DNA of 64,000 bases from Planctomycetota bacterium (lineage in GTDB: Bacteria > Planctomycetota > B15-G4). The notes under the pieces are model-generated. The model was not told the DNA's origin. It was given only the letters and a program-made list of their open reading frames with translations, and made no database searches. Positions within the stretch are counted from its first letter, which is position 1. Every line of letters begins with the position of its first letter. Positions 39,437-48,600 of this stretch are shown here, in pieces. The stretch is taken from positions 2,496,001 through 2,560,000 of the forward strand of contig CBDFJQ010000002.1 of NCBI GenBank assembly GCA_965248575.1, given 5' to 3'. Position numbers and translations under genes: made by a program.

Positions 39437-40642
39437 ATGCCCTACGATGTGTTCATTTGCCACTCGTCTCGAGACCGGCAGATCGCTGACGAGGTCTGCT
39501 CGGTCTTCGAGTCGAACAGGCTGCGATGCTGGATCGCGCCGAGGGATATCACGACAGGCGCGACCTGGGCAGGCTCGATTCGTGCGGCCATCGATGAATG
39601 CCAGGTGCTGTTGGTCTGCCTCTCCGCAAACGCCAACGACTCCGAAGACGTTCATCGAGAAATCGACATGGCGCGCAGGGTGGGCACGGACATCGCATGC
39701 CTGCGTATCGAGGATGTGCAACCGAATGGCGACCTCGGGTACTACCTGAACATCCTGCAGCACTACGACGCCTTCACCCCGCCCCGCGCACCTTCTTTGG
39801 ATTCTCTGGTGAAGGAGCTCCAGAAGAAGATACACCGCGTTCCATCGCCCGAGGAGCTCCTTGAGCGCACGCTCTCCGAAGTCTCTGCGCTGGCCGATTC
39901 AAACGAGACCGTGCGCACCCAGAGCGCTCAAGCACTCAGCGGGCCCTTCGACATCGCCTGCAAACTCCTTCCTTGCGAAGAGGTTGGCGGCGACTTCCTG
40001 GACATCATCACGTTGAGGGATGGCTTTGCCGCCCTCGTGATCGGAGACGTCTCCGGTCATGGCTTCTCATCAGGCCTACGGGTCGTGGAATTCCGTGCCT
40101 ACCTGCGGGCGTTCCTGTCTTGCGCCGACCCGGGCAGCAAGAGCTCCGTCACCAAGGTCATGAGTCAGCTCAACGAGGAATTGCTGCGAGACCTGCCGGA
40201 CTTCATGTTCATGACGGCCTTCCTGGCCCTGCTGAATGTCGACCTACGCAAGCTGAGCTGGTGCGGAGCTGGCTGCGACAACCCTGTCCTTCGCAGGTCA
40301 GATGGAAGCATTGAGCGGCTCGCCCGCAACGGCATGGCACTCAGCCTCGACGACAGTGCGGAGTACTTGGTTCACGAGCCGATCGAGCTTCAGCCCGGTG
40401 ACACCCTCTTGGCGTTCACGGATGGGCTCGCAGAGATCAGGCGGGAACCAAACGATCTCTACGGCGAGGAGCGCATCATCAGCTCCCTCCAACACCACGC
40501 GAAGGGAACCGCCAGCTCGGAGCAGATCATGGCGGGTCTGCTCGAGGATGCGGATGCCTTCCGTGGCGAGGACCCTCTCCAAGACGACTTGACCGTTCTC
40601 GTCCTGCGCTGTCAGGCGTCTACGGATGGCCGCGACGACTGA
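39437..40642 (+). CDS. TIR domain - SpoIIE/PP2C phosphatase fusion
   Basis: YDVFICHSSRD, CWIAPRDI, SEDVHREI (TIR); VGGDF, GDVSGHG, FTDG, QDDLT (PP2C). Confidence 0.88.
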   Translation: MPYDVFICHSSRDRQIADEVCSVFESNRLRCWIAPRDITTGATWAGSIRAAIDECQVLLVCLSANANDSEDVHREIDMARRVGTDIACLRIEDVQPNGDLGYYLNILQHYDAFTPPRAPSLDSLVKELQKKIHRVPSPEELLERTLSEVSALADSNETVRTQSAQALSGPFDIACKLLPCEEVGGDFLDIITLRDGFAALVIGDVSGHGFSSGLRVVEFRAYLRAFLSCADPGSKSSVTKVMSQLNEELLRDLPDFMFMTAFLALLNVDLRKLSWCGAGCDNPVLRRSDGSIERLARNGMALSLDDSAEYLVHEPIELQPGDTLLAFTDGLAEIRREPNDLYGEERIISSLQHHAKGTASSEQIMAGLLEDADAFRGEDPLQDDLTVLVLRCQASTDGRDD

Positions 40643-40654
40643 GCGGGGAGCCCC

Positions 40655-41329
40655 CTAGCCGCCGGCGCGCGCCCGCGGATGCAGGATGTTGTTCTCCAGG
40701 TGGATGTGCTCGTGTAGGGAGCGCTCGAGGTCTTCGAGGCCCACCCAAAGCGCACGCCAGGTGTTGCATGCACCCTCCGGGACCACGAACTCACCCGTCA
40801 GTTCGCGCACCTTGCGCAACATGCCGCCCAGCGTCTCGTGCTCCGACTCCATCACCTGCATCGGCGCACCAGCCATGGGACCCTGGCCCGCCTTGATGGC
40901 CGGGAACAAGATCTCCTCCTCTTTGGGCAGGTGGTCCTCGATGTCGGCCTTGATGCAGAGCACCGTGCGCAGCAGCTCGTCGAAGCGCGCCTGATCCTTG
41001 CTGCCGTGCACGCTGTGCACCTTGCGCATCATGGTCTCGAGGCGCGGCAACTCCTCCTTCAGCGGCGCATGATACGCCACCAGGATGTGGTCAATGAGCA
41101 CGTCGAGCGGCTTGTCGTCCCAGCGCAGCTCCGCTTCTGGCTGTGCGGCGATCTCCTGCTCGAGCTCAGCGATGAACTGCTGGACGTCGACGCCCTTGTT
41201 GTCGCACGCCGTGGAGAGATCCAGGCCGCCCGCGCAACAGAAGTCGATCCCGCGGCGGGCAAAGACGCGCGTGGCGAGGGGATGCTCCGCAGCGAGAGTG
41301 CCGACTTTTGAGTCTGCCGTGATGGTCAT
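40655..41329 (-). CDS. ric: Iron-sulfur cluster repair di-iron protein (Ric/YtfE/ScdA)
   Basis: GIDFCCAG, HLPKEEEILFP, MESEH, ACNTWRAL, HIHLENNIL. Confidence 0.94.
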   Translation of the reverse strand: MTITADSKVGTLAAEHPLATRVFARRGIDFCCAGGLDLSTACDNKGVDVQQFIAELEQEIAAQPEAELRWDDKPLDVLIDHILVAYHAPLKEELPRLETMMRKVHSVHGSKDQARFDELLRTVLCIKADIEDHLPKEEEILFPAIKAGQGPMAGAPMQVMESEHETLGGMLRKVRELTGEFVVPEGACNTWRALWVGLEDLERSLHEHIHLENNILHPRARAGG

Positions 41330-41373
41330 GGCTGTGTCCTTGGTAGTGGCCCATGGAAGGGGCCGGGGGAACG

Positions 41374-41976
41374 TCAGGGAGTCGACAGGAGCGCGAGCAG
41401 CGTGTCGATGACCCGCTCGGCAGCCGGGGCCTTGCTGGCCGCCGCTGCACTCTTGCTGGCGCCGCGTGATTGGATGAGGGCGTGCACGGTGCCGGTGAAG
41501 ATGGGCAGCATCGTCCCGGGGTCGAGGTCCGCGCGCAGATCGCCCTGCTCGCTACCCTCGCGGAAGGCGGCCATCAGGTAGGCGCGCGAGCGCTTGACCA
41601 ACGCACGCAAGCGCCCCACCGCATCCTCAGGCACGCACAGGTAGACCTGGTCCGAGAGCAGCAGCCAGGCGAGCCCCGGCGTGCCGCCGATCAGTTCGAC
41701 GCGCGCCAGGGCGAGCGCCCGCAGGCGATCCAGCGGCGGCAAGTCCGCCGAGGGGAGGGTGGCGTCGACGGCTTCGATGGCCACGTCCACGGCGGCGCCC
41801 AGGATTTCATCCAGCGTGGCGTAATGCCTGAAGAGCGCGCCCGGCGTGAGGCCCACCTCCTCGGCCAAGCTGGCCGCAGTGAGGGAGGTGGCGCCGCGCT
41901 CGCCGATGACCGCGAGAGCCGCTCGCGCGATCTCAAGGCGCCGGATGCTGGAGGGCTTACGGGTGGTGCTGGGCAC
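41374..41976 (-). CDS. TetR/AcrR family transcriptional regulator
   Basis: N-terminal HTH LAEEVGLTPGALFRHY. Confidence 0.9.
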   Translation of the reverse strand: MPSTTRKPSSIRRLEIARAALAVIGERGATSLTAASLAEEVGLTPGALFRHYATLDEILGAAVDVAIEAVDATLPSADLPPLDRLRALALARVELIGGTPGLAWLLLSDQVYLCVPEDAVGRLRALVKRSRAYLMAAFREGSEQGDLRADLDPGTMLPIFTGTVHALIQSRGASKSAAAASKAPAAERVIDTLLALLSTP

Positions 41977-42036
41977 TGGAAAGGGGCTGGGGGAGGAACC
42001 AGGGGGTCGGCTGTCTCGTGTCGCCGTGATCGAGTT

Positions 42037-42056
42037 GTAAGTAAATAGTTACTTAC
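42037..42056. promoter_or_regulatory. Putative TetR operator (GTAAGTAA-ATAG-TTACTTAC)
   Basis: Perfect 8-bp inverted repeat in an AT-rich patch ~60 bp upstream of tetR. Confidence 0.7.
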
Positions 42057-42179
42057 TAATCGTATCAAGACAAGCCTGAAACAAGCTTTTATGAGTAATT
42101 TTGACCCGCCGATTGGATCGATGAAGCGCATGAGGGGCCTAGGGGGGCCCAGCACCCGCTGATCGTCAGCGAACCGAAG

Positions 42180-44039
42180 TCAGCGCTTCGGCAGATCCAC
42201 GAGGCGAACGCCGCCGATGTGTTTCGGCTGAGGCCCTGCCCCGGAGAGGCGTACTGCCGTCCACGCCCCACCCGCGCTTGCGAGGTTCAACAGCGCCGTG
42301 CCGCCCCGAGCCAGGGAGAATTCGCCCATCGGTCGCGTCTGACCCTCGGCGTCGACGAGCTCGACGCTCAATGGGCCCTTGGGGCCCTGCGGACCCAGCT
42401 GGATCCACAAGGCGGCGTGACGACTCCGGAGCGCGCGCGCTGGCAGTTTGTGCTCCTGCAACCACCCCTCTCCGTCCTCCCGCTTCTGGATGCGGGCTCG
42501 AGGCAGTGTGAAGGAGTGCTCCAGGTCGAGCTCCGTCACGGCACGCATGCGGATGTCGTGCTGAACCGGTGCCCCCAAGAACATGACCACGAGCAGAGGC
42601 GAACCCGTCCCGGCGGCAAGCACGGGCAGCGTCAGCGAGTTCGAGTCCTCTGGCCAGGAGATGCCGTACCGCGTGCTGCCGGTGAACACGCTGACGCGAA
42701 GCCCCGGGGCGTCCGTGGGCCGGCCCGAAAGCTCAATGTGAACGATGCCGTCGCCCGTGCTGGCCAGCTTGCCCCTAGCCAGGAAGCCGCGACGGCCAGG
42801 GGGTTGAGTGAACTCGCAGGGCAGGCCAAACCACTGCGGCGGCTCGGCGAAGATCATCGGCTTCACCATGTCTGCTTGCAGCAGCTGGGGCCCCACCTCA
42901 GCCGCGCCGTAGCCTTGCAGCTGAAAAGACGGAATCTCGAGCACCAGCTGCGATCCTTCGGGAATGCTCCCGGAGGCCAGTGCACGGTGAAGGCTGACGC
43001 CTGCGGTGGTGGCGGCCTGACCAAGCCCCAGTACCTGGCGATCGACGAGGTGTGAAAGCTGCTGGGTAGCGGTCAAGGTCGAACTGAAACTGGTCCCGAT
43101 CAGAACCACACTGGGTGCTTCTTCGGGCAGGTTGTTGAGCGAATCGGGATTGACGAGGGGAGCCTGCAGATGCTCCTTGGGAAGGGTACTCATGACGGGG
43201 TGGTCTATCTCGATGCCCAGGGTCTGGAGCAGGCCGTGCTTCACCTGTTTCGGCACGCCGATCCGCATGCTGCTGGTGCGCAACTCCGGTGGTACCCAGT
43301 TGCCCAAGACTCTCGTCGCCGCCTCTAGGGCATGCCACATGCCCTTTCTGCTCCAGTGGGTATCCTGGCGCAACCACAGCGCGTCCGGGTTCAACCCTTC
43401 CCAAACGTCGAACAAGTTCACGTGGGGAACGCGGCGCTCCGCCAGCAACTTGTAGATGTCGTGCTCGTACTCGGGATGGGGGTCGACGCCCGCAGGGAGC
43501 TTGGCAGTCATGATCGTCGCCTTGCGCGGCAGCACCAGGAACACCGGGTCGATGCCGAGCCCCACCAGGCGGCGGTCGAGAGCCGTCAGCAGGTTGGCGG
43601 CCACGGGGCCGTGCTGGGAACGATGGGTACCTCCGCGGGGCAGGATGCGTTCCTTGAGGAAGAGCCACCCGTCTTTACCCACGACCAGATCCGTCCCCGC
43701 CTCCCCCAGCGGCAGCAGCCCGTAGACCACGTACCAAGGCACAAGGGTCTCACGCATGTTGGAGCGCTCTTGCAGCGTGAGGTCCACTGAACGCATCCAC
43801 GTCCCGTCCGCCATCCTGGCGTTGGCACGCAGGGTATCGCGCGCCAACTCGTCCGAGCGTGTGAGCCGAGGCCCCGGGTCTGGCGCGATCAAGTCGACGA
43901 TCCCAGCCCCCCCCATCAGCGCCAGGAACAGCACGACGATGACCGGAGCGCCGATCCGGCGCCAGCCACTGTGAGCCACCCCGGCGGGTGCCGGGACGAG
44001 ACCGTCGTGCTCAGAATTGGAAGTAGAGGAAGGGGACAT
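42180..44039 (-). CDS. AlgX/AlgJ-like SGNH O-acetyltransferase with C-terminal extension
   Basis: VVGKDGWLFL, PRKA, DTHWS, LIGTSFS; follows the MBOAT gene. Confidence 0.82.
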   Translation of the reverse strand: MSPSSTSNSEHDGLVPAPAGVAHSGWRRIGAPVIVVLFLALMGGAGIVDLIAPDPGPRLTRSDELARDTLRANARMADGTWMRSVDLTLQERSNMRETLVPWYVVYGLLPLGEAGTDLVVGKDGWLFLKERILPRGGTHRSQHGPVAANLLTALDRRLVGLGIDPVFLVLPRKATIMTAKLPAGVDPHPEYEHDIYKLLAERRVPHVNLFDVWEGLNPDALWLRQDTHWSRKGMWHALEAATRVLGNWVPPELRTSSMRIGVPKQVKHGLLQTLGIEIDHPVMSTLPKEHLQAPLVNPDSLNNLPEEAPSVVLIGTSFSSTLTATQQLSHLVDRQVLGLGQAATTAGVSLHRALASGSIPEGSQLVLEIPSFQLQGYGAAEVGPQLLQADMVKPMIFAEPPQWFGLPCEFTQPPGRRGFLARGKLASTGDGIVHIELSGRPTDAPGLRVSVFTGSTRYGISWPEDSNSLTLPVLAAGTGSPLLVVMFLGAPVQHDIRMRAVTELDLEHSFTLPRARIQKREDGEGWLQEHKLPARALRSRHAALWIQLGPQGPKGPLSVELVDAEGQTRPMGEFSLARGGTALLNLASAGGAWTAVRLSGAGPQPKHIGGVRLVDLPKR

Positions 44040-45405
44040 TCTTCTCGTGGTGCAAGTGTGCGAGAGCCAAGGGCAACAGCAGCTGCAGGCTGAGCGCCCA
44101 CCAGAGAGGTGGCTCGCGCACGAGGCGTTGAGTGGTGGGGAGACCCCAGACGACGATCGCCGCGACGGCGAAGGCCAACAGGTGGATGGGCTTCAGGAGA
44201 AAGGGAATCGGCAGGGCGCCGTCGGCGGCCAGACCGAACATGCTCGCCAGGATCTGTCCGGCGTCACCGAGCGTCTCAGCCCGGAAGAACACCCAACCGA
44301 TGATGGCCAGGCCAAAGGTCAGTGCGACTTGGCAGGCGCGAGGTGTGAACGAGTAGAGCGCGCGCTTGCCGATGGACCGTTCGAAGATCAGCCAGAAGCC
44401 TTGATAGGCACCCCAGGCGACGAAGGTCCAGGCCGCGCCGTGCCACAAGCCGCCGAGCAGCATGACCACGGCGAGATTGATGTAGGTGCGCACGGGGCCG
44501 CGGCGGTTGCCCCCGAGCGGCAAGTAGAGGTAGTCCCGCAGGAAGGTCGAGAGCGAGACATGCCAGCGCCGCCAGAACTCCGTGATCGAACGGCTGCGAT
44601 AGGGCCCGTCGAAGTTGATCGGAAAGCGGAAGCCGATCATCAGACCCAGGCCGATGGCCATGTCCGAATAGCCCGAGAAGTCGAAGTAGATCTGGAAGGT
44701 GTAGGCCAGCGTGCCGAGCCAGGCCTCGCCCGTGGTCACAGCCTCCGCCGCGAACACGTCGTCGGCGATGGAGGCCAGGACGTCGGCGATGAGCACCTTC
44801 TTGATCAGCCCGGCCTGGAACGCGAGCACGCCCTGGAAGAACTTGCCCAGGGTGTGCGAGCGGTTGGCGAGCTGATCGGCAACGGTGTTGTAGCGGACGA
44901 TGGGCCCGGCCACGAGCTGCGGGAACATGGCCACGTAGCACATGAAATCGCGAAAGCGCCCCACCGGGGGAGTGGTGCCGCGGTACACGTCCACCGTGTA
45001 GCTGAGCGTCTGGAAGGTGTAGAAGGAGATGCCCACCGGCAGGATGATGTGCGTCCAGCTGATGGGGTCGGTCCCGGACTCGGCCAGCAGGTTGTTGAGC
45101 GTCTCGATGCCGAAGTTGGCGTACTTGAAGTAGGCCAGCAAGCCGAGGTTTGTGAACAACGACAGCATGAGCCAGGGCTTGCCCCGCTCGCCCCGCTGCC
45201 GGGCGACGTGGATCCGCTGACCCGCCGTGTAGTCCACCACTGTGGAAACGGCCATCAGGATCAGGAAGTCGGGCCGCCACCAGCCGTAGAAGACGTAGCT
45301 GACCGCCGCCAGCGTGAGCGACCGGAACCTGCGCGGAGTGGCGTAGTAGGCCACCAGGAAGGCCGGCAGGAAGAAGTAGAGAAAGGTCGCACTCGCGAAG
45401 AGCAT
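44011..45405 (-). CDS. algI: MBOAT family O-acyltransferase (AlgI/DltB-like)
   Basis: LPVGISFYTFQ, FPQLVAGPIVR, QIYFDFSGYSDMAIG, FWRRWHVSLS, GLWHGA. Confidence 0.92.
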   Translation of the reverse strand: MLFASATFLYFFLPAFLVAYYATPRRFRSLTLAAVSYVFYGWWRPDFLILMAVSTVVDYTAGQRIHVARQRGERGKPWLMLSLFTNLGLLAYFKYANFGIETLNNLLAESGTDPISWTHIILPVGISFYTFQTLSYTVDVYRGTTPPVGRFRDFMCYVAMFPQLVAGPIVRYNTVADQLANRSHTLGKFFQGVLAFQAGLIKKVLIADVLASIADDVFAAEAVTTGEAWLGTLAYTFQIYFDFSGYSDMAIGLGLMIGFRFPINFDGPYRSRSITEFWRRWHVSLSTFLRDYLYLPLGGNRRGPVRTYINLAVVMLLGGLWHGAAWTFVAWGAYQGFWLIFERSIGKRALYSFTPRACQVALTFGLAIIGWVFFRAETLGDAGQILASMFGLAADGALPIPFLLKPIHLLAFAVAAIVVWGLPTTQRLVREPPLWWALSLQLLLPLALAHLHHEKNVPFLYFQF

Positions 45406-45623
45406 GGGCAGCTAGGCGGGGAGGCGGTGCGTGGGGTGCCTGGCACGGAGATCGGCAGGAAGCCTAGCACGGGAACTCCCCCGAGGCCGCCGCTCGAGGT
45501 GGCCCGGATGGGCGGGCCCGCAGCAACGACAAGCGCCACGCTCGACGAACCGAGCGCGGCGCAGGGGACGACCGGGAACACCCGCCTGCGCTCAAGCGCC
45601 GGCGGCTGTCCCGAACCGGGTTG

Positions 45624-48600
45624 TCAACGGACCTGGTGCATGGACTCCACGTCCCAGGTCTGACCCGCCCCGTGGCAGATCAGGCAAGACTCCGCCCCAT
45701 CGACGGGCGAGCTCTGCGATTGCATGTGCGCCTGCTCGGCGTCCGAGTCGTGGCACGAGCCACAGGAAACGTTCCACTCCTGAGCGGGAAGCACCTGCTC
45801 GGTGGGATGCTGACGGTTGCTCGGCGTCTCCCACGCATCGTTGCCTTCGCCGTGACAGCGAGCACAATCCAGAACACCTTCAGGCATGGCCGGGAACTCC
45901 ACATGGTCGTACATGTGGCCCGAGAAGTTGTCCGGGTAGTTGCTCGGCGAGCCGAAGCCATTCACCGAGTAGGTACTCGCCTTGTCCAGATCACCACCAC
46001 GATGGATCTTGTGGATCATCTCGCGGAAGTTGACCGTCACACCATCCGTTGCCGGTGCATTGGCCGCCACGTACTGCGGGCGATCGCCCGAACCTGCCGT
46101 GGCATGGCAAGCGAAGCAGGCCTCGAAACCGCGACGGAAGCTTCCGTGGAACTGGATGTCCACATGGCAAGAGTTGCAGTTCTCGATGCTCGTGATCAAG
46201 TCGTAGGGTTGGACGCTGGTTGCGCCGCCCACGAGAACATCCATCCGGGTACCCGCCGCACCTTCGCGGTAGGTGTTGCTCTCTCCATAGAGATTGAGGG
46301 TCTGGGAGCGTGAGCCCCACATGACCACCGAATAGGTGCCGTCCACGATGGACTTGCCCGTCCACGCGCCGAAACGCTCACCGAGGTCCGGGCCGGCGTT
46401 GAGAGCCATCGGGTACACCGCAGGCATCACGAAGTCCGTGCTGTAGCTCACGACCAGCGGATTGCCGTCGCCGAACCCACCCGTTTCCGTGATGGTCCCG
46501 GTGGCCGCAGTCAGCATGTACTCCATGCCCTCGGTGAGTGGCAGGAGATCCACGACATCCACCGTTGCACCTTCATCGTGGTCGCCTACGGGCCCAGGGG
46601 CATAGCCTTGGGTGTAGGTCGAGGAGAACCACAGGCGGTCCCCTTCCACGTATTGGATGAGCAGATACTCCTGGTTCTTCTCGCCAGCATCGATCAGCAC
46701 ATAGTCATTGCGGAGGAAGCCGTCACCGTCATCCACATCGATGAAGTTCACCGGACCGACAACGTCCGCCGACAGGGCGCTGGAGGCATCTCCGAAACCC
46801 GTTTGCTGCCAGACCTCGGTCAGATGCCCCGTGGCGTTCCAGTGCGGTGTGTGGACCGTGCTGAACTCGTCGTCACCAGAGGTCGCATCGCCGATGTACT
46901 CGAAGTAAGCGCGCATCGGCAAGTTGATGGTGTAGGGCTGACCACCCGTGAACAGCTCCCCGGGCAACGACTGCTCAGGCAGGACGATGTTCTCGTTGCT
47001 GGTGGGCCCCGTGAACATGATGCTGCGCCCAGAGAGTGTCGCTGGGTCGACCGACAAGCCCATGTCGTCGGAGAGCGTGAACGTGACCGCCACCTTCTCT
47101 CCTTCGTCCAACGTTCCGTCGGAGTCATTCAGCCCGGCCTCAGCCACCGACAGGATGTCGAGGTTGATGCCCGTTGCGAAACTCGGAGTCAGCAGCGGAT
47201 GCAGGTGAGCGTCCTCGACCGCCAGCGGAATCCCATCCCGCGGGTGGCATTGAGTACAGGTCACATCTCCGATCTGGGGCGGCATCGACTGCTGGTTGCT
47301 GGTGTAGGGCTGGTCATGGACCCAGTCGTCGTGGCATGAACCACAGGTGTTGCGCCGCAGCACCGTGTAGGCGTTTTCACCTTGCTCCGGAGCCTCGATG
47401 GGGCCTGCGCCGTCGGGGTCGCCGTGGCAGATGTTGCAGCTGGTGATACCGGTCAGGATTTCATTCTCCTGGCCCGTGAACGCACCCAGATCCGAGTGCC
47501 CCATGTCTTTGGGCATGGCCGACGCGAAGTTGGGCCACGCAGGGAACTCGACGTCGGAGTAGTCGTGAATACTGTTGCCGAAGCCAATGATCTGATACGG
47601 CTTCGGAGTCACGGTGTAGTCCTTGTCGCCCAGGGAATCGGCCAAGACGCCGTTCACCGACGGCAAGTGCGTTCCGTTGTGGATCTTGTGCACCATCACG
47701 GAAAACTCGACCGTCACTCCCGGTGTTCCGCCCGCCACGGAGGCGATGCGGTCTTCCGAGCCCGCGGTGTGGCACATGAGGCAAAGCACGATGCCCTTCC
47801 GGGTCCCGCCATGGAACTGCATGTCAGAGTGACAGGCGTTGCAGTTTTCTTCTGCAACGACAGCACGAGACTCGATGGCAGCGACCGTGGTTCCGATCAG
47901 GAAGTCGACCGTCGTGGTCCCCACCTCGCGATGGGAGTCGTCCCCGGCGTTGTAGCGCCAGTAGAAATACATGCCCATTGTGTAGGTGCCATCGACCAAC
48001 GCTTGGCCGGTGCGCTCTCCATCGTCCTCATCGAACGCAGGGCTGTCATTCAGCGGCGCGAGGTAGGTCGCAGGAATCGGAGTCGGGAAGTCGTAGGTGT
48101 ACGTCCCGTCGCCGTTGTCCGTAGCGGCCGTCTTGATGTCGCTGACCTGCCCGATCAGACGTTGGTAGTCGTTGGTCGGTCCGGACACGATCGCCCGGGT
48201 CGAGTCCATCTCGTCCAGATGCCAGGACGTGCCGTCGGTCTTGGCGACACGGAACTTCACCGACATGGTGTCGCCCGGCTTGAAGTTGCCCGTTGGGCCC
48301 TTCGCGCCGTTCAGTTCCAACACCTGGATGATCAAACCCGGTGCGGCCTCTCCCTTGTTGAGATCCGGATCGGTGTTGCCGCCACCGTCTGGCAGCTGGT
48401 ACTCACCGTCATAGATGAAGCTGCCGTAGACCGGCAGGACCGCCCCACCTTCATCCACGGGGAACAGATCGCCGGCAAAGGAGCCGGCCACCAGGCCATC
48501 GCTCGTGGCACCTACGGAGAGCAGGAAGCTGTCGTCCGCCGACTCCCACTCCCGGCCCAGGTCATCGATGAAACGAATGATCGCCGGAGTGGCAGTGAAG

